In this document: positions 10,671 through 20,057 of the stretch, piece after piece
Layout: each line of letters opens with the position of its first letter
Numbering within the stretch: position 1 is the stretch's first letter
NCBI GenBank assembly: GCA_001179505.1
Contig: CDMY01000730.1
Location: forward strand, 1 to 26,322
DNA length: 26,322 nucleotides
Source: Vitrella brassicaformis CCMP3155
Lineage: Eukaryota; Protista; Chromerida
Direction of reading: 5' to 3'
The notes under the pieces: model-generated
Database searches by the model: none
What the model saw: only the letters and a program-made list of their open reading frames with translations
What the model was told of the DNA's origin: nothing
Program-made: the position numbers and the translations under genes

Positions 10671-10858
10671 GAGCGGATCCGCGAACGGTAAAATTTGATC
10701 AATTAAGTCGGGAGTCGTGTCTCTGTCACGTGGGCGCTCATCCACACATGCATTCTGAGCACACTCCTCGAGGAGTGAGCACAGAAGAGGCAAGGCAACA
10801 CGCACACACAAAAAAGACAGCCAAACATCGAGTCATCCCTATGCGGTTGCTTCTTTCG

Positions 10859-12430
10859 TCAGACGATGGTAAGCGGCCGTGGCTTGTCAGCGTGTGGAGG
10901 GCTCTTGATGGACACGCTGAGGTTCCTTATCTCCTTGCTGATCTCCTCACACAGGCTCATCGGCAGTTGCACATCGCTGATCGATCGGGCCACACAGGCG
11001 AAATGATCAAAGAGTGCAAGAGTTTACAGTCTGCTCACCGCTTCTTTCGTGCTGTCGGGGAATCGGCAATGGTGTGCCGGTGGATCCTATGCCCCCTCTT
11101 CAGCTGTCCTTCTGCTGACTCGGGGCTCGCGGACCTCGGTGGCTCGTGTCCATGGCCTTGGTATGAACTGAAATAGACAATAGGACATTGAACAATATGT
11201 TTGGATGTGTTGCAGTGCAGGCTCAATCATTCGCGAAGTACAGACCTGCACACAGGCTCATCCTTGGTCACGATTTCCAACCCCCGATTGTCAGGCGTCG
11301 TAGCAGGTGAGACATGGCCATGGGTCTGAGTAGAAGCATCAAGTGTCCTCTTTTCCGGCACCTTGGCCCTCAGATGTTGGATCGCTTCTAACTCTAGCCT
11401 CAACTCCTTCACCATTGCTCTCTCGGCCTGCACGTGTGACCACGAGTGACGGTCGATGAGGAAGCAACAACACAGAGAAGGACAGCGAAAGAGTGGGACC
11501 TTCATGTCCAGTCACGTGTGACCCAACCTGGAGGGCCTGCCGTAAGCTCAAGATCTCGCTGTCTCTTTCATCCTCTCCTCCTTCCTGGCGTTGCTGCCCA
11601 GATATCATTCCACGATACCGGTCGTCCTGCAAGAGGCTTCCGTAGTCCGCAGGGTGGTCTCGCTGTACCCAGACGTCCTCCCCTGGACCTGCTCGTGTCG
11701 CCTCATTATTGGACGAGACACGTCGATGTTCACGGCGACAGGCGTGGCTGTTCCGTGTCAAGTCAGCAGACCACCGATTTGCACGTGGATCGCCATTGCT
11801 GACCGAGATTCCGTAACTGACATGATGTGTCGTCATGTCGCCGGCCAGGGAAGCAGAGGTGTGCATCTTGCGAATCGACGAGCGCTGCGAGGGGGCCGAC
11901 CGCGGGGACCGGATGGATTCCTGCTCGTCAAGGCGGTCGGCCGTCCTGGCCCAGAACTGCAGCCGGTTCCTCAGCAGCAGCTGCTGCAGCATGCGCTGAG
12001 ACCGCTCGAGAGATTGATCGGCGATAAGCTCGGACTTGTGGAGATCGTCCATCAGGTACGCTCCGATGCCACGCGAAGACAAGCCGCTGTCCTGCTCGTG
12101 CGAGGCGTCGTCGAGCAGGGGCAGACTCCCGGCGCGCAGAGGTAGCCCTTGTCGATCCTCCGACACATCCTCTCGGCTCTCTCTCGAAGACCACACCTGC
12201 TTCGTCATCTGCCGGTTGATAACCAGGTCAGCCATCGCAGTGTCGCCCATCTCCAGCAGTCTTCTAGACGCCGATTCAAGGCGCTGCACACGCGAGGACA
12301 TGGCGTCATCTGAGCCGCGGGACGACTTCGGCTGTGAGCTTCGTCGGCGGTCACCGTGCAGGTCCAGCCGAGGCACGGTCGGAGAGGCTGAGCCTCCGGG
12401 AGAGCCACTGCGCCGAAAGCCTTCACACAT
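10859..12430 (-). CDS. Hypothetical low-complexity, S/R-rich protein with short coiled coils (4 or more exons)
   Basis: The long ORF ...SEILSLRQALQ splices in phase to AERAMVKELRLELEAIQHLRAK..., SYQGHGHEPPRS... and DVQLPMSLCEEISKEIRNL...PLTIV* (TGA 10861-10859). The start codon (12430 or about 12302) is uncertain. Confidence 0.6.
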
Positions 12431-13771
12431 TGCGGCAGACTCCTCGTTGCTTCCTTCCTCGCCTGTGTGGGGGCCTGTAGGGGCAAAGACGCTAGTTCGC
12501 CAGCCGTTCCTCGGCACGCCAGCTGTTCGGGGTTGCGCTATGTATGGGGGCCTGTGGGGGCGGAGACGCTCCGCCCGCAGTGTCCGAGTCTTCCTTCAAG
12601 TTGTTCCCGCCGCTCCTCCGCCGTTCCCCACCCGCCAGCCTGCTGCTTTTGAGCGCTGCATTGCTGAGGAAGGTTGTATTGGCTGTGCAAAGTGACGCTG
12701 TGTCACTCTTGCACTCTTGCAAACGGGGACGACGACTATATCGAATACAGTGGGCCTCGGATAAATGGGACCCTGGTTATATGGGAAAATCGTCATATGC
12801 GAAATGTCCCATAACCGATGTACATGTTGTGCGCTTTTCAGCTGGTGACATTCATTCATTGTGTTAATTCGCCAGGTGTCACATATGGTAATTCACATCA
12901 ATCATTCATTGTGTTAGACTCATGCGACGAATCATTCGTTAAATAGGAAAAATCTATTTATCCGGTGTTAATGTTGTGCATTTTACAAGCCGGTGTTGAC
13001 TGTCATTGTGAGCCGTCGCCATGACCTGCATGTGGTCCAGCGTGCCTCACTGATCACTGTGAACCAAATTTCACCGTCAAACACCCACAAGCAAGCGAGA
13101 TCGGGGCCGCCAAAGCGGGCCCAGCGAGCACGACAGAAGCAGCGAGGCAAACAAGCTGCGGAGCAGCATGAGTGGCTCTCCAAAGAGCACTGGGAAGCAT
13201 TTGCAGTAAAGCAACGAGTCGACAACCATTGTTAGACGAGCAGCCTCTCCGCAACGTGGAGTGAGGAGTGCTTCTCTCGAGAGCCTCTCCGCCTCTCCTC
13301 ACTTTTCCAAGTTGTTCGACCTTCAAGCTTTCGACGGCGAATCATTCATTGAGTGATTTGAGAAGAATGAGTGAGTCATTCATCATTCTTAAGTGAGATG
13401 GAGCGAGAGATGAGTGCCGAGCAGGCTATGGCAGAGGAGGATAGTGGTGAGCAGGTGAACGTAGATATCGATTGAGGTGTGTTGGTGTGGGAGTGACTGT
13501 CTCTGCATGAGTCATGCGTGTTTTTGGACATTTCATCACTCGATCTGTCGATAGCTCGTCGCATTCCATCACTCATTCGCCAGTGAATCACTCCCACTTG
13601 TCTGTCGCGCCCAAGCAACGCTCAAGCAACTGCTTTGCTCGCTCTCCTCGTCCTCGCCGCCGGCCGGGTTGCTTGTTTTCTTTTTTCCGGGCCAAGCTCG
13701 ACACCAGGCGAGTCAGGTGGCCTGCTGGGATGCCCTGTGACTCAGACAGACAAGCAGAGGGCGTGTGAATT

Positions 13772-13810
13772 GCCTCGCATAAATGGGACCTCGGATATAT
13801 GGGAAACTCG
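13772..13810 (+). repeat. Second, internal copy of the element's left end
   Basis: GCCTCGCATAAATGGGACCTCGGATATATGGGAAACTCG matches 12754-12792 at 34 of 39 positions in direct orientation. It lacks the terminal CAGTGG. Confidence 0.85.
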
Positions 13811-14303
13811 GTTCAGTAAGTATCGCTTAAAGCAATCACCGCATAAACCAATCATTTCTGTAAAGCAATCACCCCGCCCCGATCACTCTGTACACAGTCA
13901 AAATGAACCGCATAAACCAATCACCTCACAAAGAGACTCAAATCAGCCATTCGGGCCGACCACTCGTGGCTCAAAATGACCGCAAGAAAATGAAGCACCC
14001 CTCTGTGAAAGAGCGGACCGATGAAACAGTGAATCAATGGAGAAATACAGACATTTTGATGGTCATCCTCTGATATTGACCATTCTCCATGGTGATTTCT
14101 GACGAGAGACGGGTTTTGCTTCGGAAGCTTGAATCACAATGTAAACGGAAGAGCATTCTGTCGCTCGCGCTGCAATGACGGCGCCACTGTGACAATCAAC
14201 CGAGTCAATCGAGTCATTCGATGCATCCGATGACATCCACCCAGCCGCACACACAATTGAGCGACAAAGAGTGAGCAGCACGCTTCCTCCCCACGCGAGA
14301 CCC

Positions 14304-14603
14304 NNNNNNNNNNNNNNNNNNNNNNNNNNNNNNNNNNNNNNNNNNNNNNNNNNNNNNNNNNNNNNNNNNNNNNNNNNNNNNNNNNNNNNNNNNNNNNNNN
14401 NNNNNNNNNNNNNNNNNNNNNNNNNNNNNNNNNNNNNNNNNNNNNNNNNNNNNNNNNNNNNNNNNNNNNNNNNNNNNNNNNNNNNNNNNNNNNNNNNNNN
14501 NNNNNNNNNNNNNNNNNNNNNNNNNNNNNNNNNNNNNNNNNNNNNNNNNNNNNNNNNNNNNNNNNNNNNNNNNNNNNNNNNNNNNNNNNNNNNNNNNNNN
14601 NNN
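14304..14603. other. Assembly gap (300 N)
   Basis: Run of N. Confidence 1.
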
Positions 14604-15544
14604 CCACCCGCCACATCGCAGCGCACCATGGTGCGCCAATCGTACCAAGATCGGCCAGCCGAGATATGGTCGATAGACATGCAGAAGCTGTAGGCCGACG
14701 TGGCTGATGGCTCAGATGGCGATGATGCAGCGGCCATGGCAGCCTCGGCACACCAGCCAGCGCCGCAGCCCAAGGGCAGACCCAAGAACAGACCGAAGAG
14801 CAAGGCCAAGGGCAAGGCGAGGGGCAGAGCGAAGGGAAAGGCGAAAACCAAGGCCGCCAACAGCAAAGCCAAGACCAAGGGCGGCGGCGGGCAGCAGCGG
14901 CGCAAGAAGCGTGATGACGATGAGGAGTGGGAGGACGAGGGTGATGGTGAGGGTGATGGTGAGGGAGAGGCCGAGGGTGATGGTGAGGGTGCTCGTGACG
15001 GTGAGGCCAAGGGCGAGGAGCAGGACGGCGACGGCAATGGACATGCTCCCCCGCCCCCCGCCTTCCAGCAATACGCCGACCAGGCCAAGGAGGCCGAGGT
15101 GTTCGCGATCGCACACGAGGCCGAGCAGGCAGCAGCCAAGCAGAAGGCGCGTGCCGGTGCAGTCGAGAAGAAGGAAGCACAGAAGAAGCTGCGGGCCGAA
15201 CACAAGCAAAAGGTACCTACAGGCAGGCAGAAATGGGATCGAACATGCATCTCTCACTGTCGCTTTTTCTCTGTGAGTGGTGTGTGTGTGCGCGTGTGTG
15301 TGTGTGGTGTGTGTGTGTGTGTGGAAGACGAGGAGGGTGACACCAATGCTGTTGATAAAGGTAGGTGGGAGCAGCACGAGCAACAGATACCACCACACGC
15401 CACGTTGCTCGTGCTGCTCCTTCCAGTTGTTGTTGTTGGTGATGCGCGGCCGTCGAGCGCTACGTGAGTGCCCACTGTTCGGACGACTGAAAAGGCATCA
15501 GAACAGAAGCACAACAGAAGGGACACCTCAAGCGTGCTCGATGA
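14604..15544 (+). pseudogene. Spliced cargo gene inside the nested element: K/R-rich basic tract (GRP/AT-hook-like), GDGE acidic repeats, coiled coil; interrupted by an in-frame TAG
   Basis: One frame from 14604 reads ...IDMQKL*ADVADGSD...PKGRPKNRPKSKAKGKARGRAKGK...EDEGDGEGDGEGEAEGDGEG...EAQKKLRAEHKQK. Donor GT at 15213. Three small in-phase exons plausibly follow, ending ...QKGHLKRAR* at 15542-15544. Confidence 0.55.
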
Positions 15545-16192
15545 CTGAGTTTGAGTGAGTGAGTCGTGCTGCCGTACCTCATCTAGGCAGATCTGTCGTT
15601 CATGGCTCTGCATCGTTGGTGCATCTCTGTCCATCCATACATCTACTTTTGGTGAAATCGGCGCTAGTCTGCCTCACAGGAAGGCCACGATCTGCCGCTG
15701 ACATCCACAAAGTGACTGAAGGGCTCCGAAATCACGCTCACGAGCGATCGGCAACCTTTTGCGTAAATCCATATCATCCATCGTTTTTCGTTGTTTCAGA
15801 GTCGTTTGAGCGGTGAAAAAAGAGTCAATGTGATGGAGGGTGGCTCTGATGAGTCATTCACGGCGAGAAACCCCGCAGAAAACAAGCAGCAGATAAAGCA
15901 ATCATTGGCTTGTTCGCATAAACCCATCAAATCCATAAAGCAATCACCCCGGTACTGATTGCTTTATGCGATACTTACTGTATATGGGACACCCTGGGCC
16001 GTGTCCCATTTATCCGAGGCCCACTGTACCAGTTCCCAGACTGGACGTGTTCTGGCACGAATTGCACAAGCGCCCCGCTCGTCTTGTCGATTCGGAGCAC
16101 GAAGGCACATCCCAAAAACATATGCACACGACATCACTCTACATACTCCATCCCCTGAACAAATAAATGTGCTCACAAACAAACACACTCGG

Positions 16193-17467
16193 TCACCCCT
16201 GCTCTTCAGGCACTTCCTTCGGTGGGTCGTCTTGGCCTGTTGCAGACGGATCCATGACCCGCCCGAGCTGACGCGCCAACGACAGCTCGTATACGAGCGC
16301 GTCAAGCTTCTAAGCATGGCAGAAGACAGATCAGACCATCTAAACGAAGCAGAGCCATGCAGCTGCATCTCGTCACCTTCACAGTGTACTTGAGCGTATC
16401 ATATTTCCTGCGGATGTTGGAGTTTCTGAGATCGAACTGGCGCCAAGTAGTTAAGGAAACATACAGGCAGACCATATAATTGATAAGCCTGAGTACCTGC
16501 ATCATTTCTTCCTGCACCCTCGTACAGAGATCCTGACACCGCTGCACAACACAAGCCATGGCGAATGTGACAATACTGATCACCGGGAAGCAAGTGCATC
16601 TTATGTCGGCTGGCTACGGCTGACCTTCACGTCCGTCTCGTGTCTGGCCGTGGCCTGAAGCACTGCGTATCTGTTGAGCTCGCCAGTGAAGTCCAGCAAC
16701 CCGCCCAGATACTCCTCGTACGTCAACACTTCCAAGTCGCCCAGGCGTGGGATCCTGCATGACCACACACCACCACACACCACGTACACGAGGAAGTATG
16801 AAAGCACGCCAGACGATCTACTGTGGGCACGGCTGCTGCGTACCTGTTGTGCATCAGGAACGAATGGAGGATCTTGGCCTCAGCCCACTCCTGCATGAGG
16901 GCCATACACGATTTGAGTCGGTCATCAACATATATCCAGTGACGTGCAAATCCATGGCTAGGGACAGACCTCCAAGCAAAATGCGACGGAGGAGCGCAGA
17001 GCGGGGATTTCCGCCACTGCACACAGAAGAAACACACACACGAGCCACACCCATTCACACCGGAGATACCTCTGTAAGCTGTATGAATGTGGTTGGCCCA
17101 TGCTCACCGACAGGTATGAGCTCCTGCTTGAGTATCGTGAGGCACTCATCCAGATTCTTCTGTGCGTTCTGAGTGTCCCCTCGCAGACACATGGAAATGC
17201 TCATCTTCGAGAGCTTCAACTGCAAAACAAGCACCGCAGACGTCAAGACGAAAAGGGCATGAAGCAGATAAGACAGGAGTCGCTCACCACATCGCGTGAC
17301 CGCTTGATGAGCGATTCTCTCTTTTCATCGTCGAGGGCCATCTGTGTCCGGATGAATGACCTGCATGGAAGTTTTTTTTCATCATGCTCATCCATTTCCC
17401 ATCATTCTCTTCCAAACATGTCGTCAGAGTCGAAGTCAACATCAGTCGAGGTCACACTGCTCTTCAT
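16193..17467 (-). CDS. Translin/TRAX (C3PO) family protein (about 8 exons)
   Basis: Spliced product: MKSSVTSTD...DDEKRESLIKRSRDV|LKLSKMSISMCLRGD...CLE|EWAEAKILHSF...EEYLGGLLDFTGELNRYAVLQAT...|FDLRNSNIRRKYDTLKYTVK|KLDALVYELSLAR...EEQG*. All are recognisable translin-family motifs. Confidence 0.9.
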
Positions 17468-17952
17468 CGCCTCAAAGGTCCTTCTGGTGGTGATGGTCTT
17501 GATCAAGATGGGTCAACTCAAGCGTGGGGACTCGAGAGCGATTGAATGAATGAACCGATGACAATCGGCAAAGCGAACAACACGCCTGAGAGAATGCCAT
17601 TCACAGGAAGGCAGCCACACAGACAGCATGTCTTTATGTGGTTGAGTGAATCCATTTGTCTTGATGCGCACGAGAGACTCACGAGAGACTGATTGCACAA
17701 GTGCACCCGTGCACAAAAAGCGACACGACAAGGGGCGCGGAAGAAGAACCTGCACACACCACAAGCATGAACCCACACTGGGCCGCACACGAAGATGCTT
17801 CATCCTTCCTACGCATGCATACCAGAGAGGAAGGTCGACAGCGGCTGGAGGAAGCAGTTTTCTCAACGAATGAATGAGTGAATGATCAACGCCCTGTACC
17901 TGTCTTGTGTTAGAGAGCGGCCGCCCCAGTAAAAAGCCGTGGCGGAGAAGGG

Positions 17953-19746
17953 ATGAAACGGGCCTTTGATCATCTGCTCCTGACGTGCTGGATTCTACTC
18001 GTGACTCATCCCGCATTCAGCTGTTTCCGGCCTTTCTTCATCGCCAAGAAAAGCACCAAGTCGCTGCCTCAAGAATACCGAGTAGGTGCATCACGATTGC
18101 AACGATTCATGACTGACGGGTGCTGGACGGATGTTTCTTCTAAATGCTTGTGTGCAGCTACGGGGACTTCTTGAATCAGGGCCGCTTTTGCAGCAGCAGA
18201 GGTCCGCTTTGTTGGTGTCGATGCTGCCGACTGACAGCGGTGCAGAGGAAGGGTCAGATAAACCCTCATCCTCACGGCTCATCCAGCCGCACCAAGACAG
18301 GAGCTCACCCGCCTACCGCCAACTCATGGCCCATCTGGGTGCCCGCATTAGGCAGGGATCTCTGGTGTCCTTTCCCACAGAGACCGTCTACGGCCTGGGG
18401 GCCAACGCACTCGACGAGCAGGCCGTCCTCAAGATCTTCGCCATGAAGAGGCGGCCTCTCACCGACCCCCTTATCTGCCACGTGGGGGGTCTATCTGGCG
18501 AGGGAGGTGCGCTGGCACTGCTGGATGTGGGTGACAGGGAGAGGGAGGTGGTCGAGAGGCTCGCCGCCACCTTCTGGCCGGGGCCGCTGAGCATTATCGG
18601 CAAGGCCAGAGGGATCGTGCCCCCCGAAGTGACGGCAGGCACGGGATTCGTTGCCGTCAGGTCAGACAACAACAGACAGACCCACGAAAGATCCTTCAAG
18701 AGGCAGGGCGGCCTGTCATGATCATGGTATCTGTGTTTGGCGATCCTCTCGCGTCAGGTGTCCGAACAGCTCCTTGGCCCTTGACCTCATCAGTGCTTCC
18801 GACCGGCCCATAGCGGCCCCTTCTGCCAATCTGTTCGGCGCCATCTCGCCCACTACAGCGCAGCACGTGCTCAAGAACTTCCCTCAGGAGGACCTGGTGA
18901 TCCTTGACGGCGGGTCATGCCACGTGGGCATCGAATCGACTGTCATCAAGCTCGAGATGGGCGAGAGGGAGGGAGAGGATTGGGATGATCGCATCTGCAT
19001 CAACAGGCGGGGCAGGGTGTCTAAGGAGATGATCGAAGAGTGTCTGCGGCAGGCCGGTGCGGAGATGGCCTCCATCCGGGTGTATGTATCCCCCAAAATC
19101 GACTACGGCCGCGGCAGTGCCAGTGAAGATGTCGCAAGAGCACCGCCGTCCGCGTCCGAGGCGCAGGAGAGCCCCGGCATGCTGCTGAGCCACTACGCCC
19201 CGTCAGTACCCACCTATCTAATCTCAGTGGCAACGACAGACACCTCTTCCGGCACCGGCATCGACATTCACCCCCAAGAGGAGTCCCCCGCCCTGCCCCC
19301 TCCCAGCAAGTGTGTTCTCATAGACATGGGCAGCCGGATGAGGGACCTGAGGGGCGAGTTTGCGGCCTATTTCGACCTCTGCGAGGCGGCCGAGCACACG
19401 GCATCGGACGAGTCGGCGTTCCTGGAGGAGGCGATGCGGTCGCTGTTTGCGACTTTGCATGAGGCAGAGGCGGCGGCTGTGGAGCGGGGCTGTGGCCTGA
19501 TCTGTGTGGGTGTGGCCGATGACGCATCGGACATGGGTGAGCCGGCACTGGCACTCTACGACAGACTGTACAGGTGAGGGACAGGGGGAGGGGGGCGAGA
19601 ATAGCACAGAATGTACCTTCTTGACACGGTGCGGATCACTGTGTTGTGTTGTGTTTTGTTGTGTCAGGGCTGCGTCTGGTCGGCGTTTGCACCTTTATCG
19701 CTCGGGAGCGGCAGGTTGGAGGCTACGCAGGCAGACAGCTGAGTAA
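17953..19746 (+). CDS. SUA5: Sua5/YwlC (TsaC2) threonylcarbamoyl-AMP synthase with C-terminal SUA5 domain and N-terminal targeting leader
   Basis: Motifs FPTETVYGLGANA, KRRPLTDPLICHV, FWPGPLSII, TAGTGFVAVR|CP, PIAAPSANLFG.SPTTAQHV, GGSCHVGIESTV, SPGMLLSHYAP and DRLYR|AAS. Exons 17953-18081, 18158-18660, 18758-~19573 and ~19668-19746. Confidence 0.93.
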
Positions 19747-20057
19747 TCCAAGAAGGAATAAATGAATGAATGACGGTGTGTGTATAAAATAGCGTCTGGG
19801 CGGAGCACGTGTGCGATGATGAGGCGATGAAGACTTGTCAGCTTGTGCCGTGCTGGCTTGTCATGCACTCATTGTCGACGGAACAATACGAAGAAGATGG
19901 CACTGACACCGAGCCAAAAATCCATCCATCCATAGAATGACGTCATGCACGCCAGCCACCACGAGACATCGTACAGCTGAGACCTCACTGTGCACCCCTC
20001 CATTCATTCCATCTCGCTGCCTGGCGTCTTCATCGGACCATCCATTCATTCATTCGT

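Larger units (their letters stand above)
13814..15980. mobile_element. Nested second TIR element (different CAGT-terminated family), 2167 bp including gap
   Basis: CAGTAAGTATCGCTTAAAGCAATCA (13814-13838) versus the reverse complement of 15956-15980, CAGTAAGTATCGCATAAAGCAATCA: 24/25 match. Right flank is TA (15981-15982), left flank is TT. Subterminal TAAA(G/C)C(A/C)ATCA motifs are repeated at both ends. Confidence 0.8.
12748..16026. mobile_element. Non-autonomous Tc1/mariner superfamily (pogo/Tigger-like ends) DNA transposon, composite, 3279 bp including gap
   Basis: Perfect 24-bp terminal inverted repeats: CAGTGGGCCTCGGATAAATGGGAC (12748-12771) and GTCCCATTTATCCGAGGCCCACTG (16003-16026). 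Both are flanked by TA (12746-12747 and 16027-16028). CAGT ends with a TA target duplication are established hallmarks of this superfamily. No transposase motif seen outside the gap. Confidence 0.85.

Noticed and set aside
13054-13326. Signal-peptide-like minus-strand ORFs (MLPSALWRA..., MLLRSLFASLLL...) as a first exon of the 10859-12430 gene
   Set aside because: They lie inside the TIR element, antisense to a K/R-rich relic, and no consistent splice path to the gene was found.
14691-14693. TAG readthrough or alternative genetic code in the cargo ORF
   Set aside because: TAG, TGA and TAA all act as normal stops in neighbouring genes; a nonsense mutation or base error is simpler.
14063-15398. 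Long minus-strand ORFs across the gap (395, 348 and 228 aa)
   Set aside because: They are antisense shadows of the low-complexity plus-strand ORF and are artificially extended by Ns.
18820-18845. Sua5 motif SANLFG instead of SANxSG
   Set aside because: An FG variant is, to my knowledge, common among Sua5 proteins and is not evidence of altered function.
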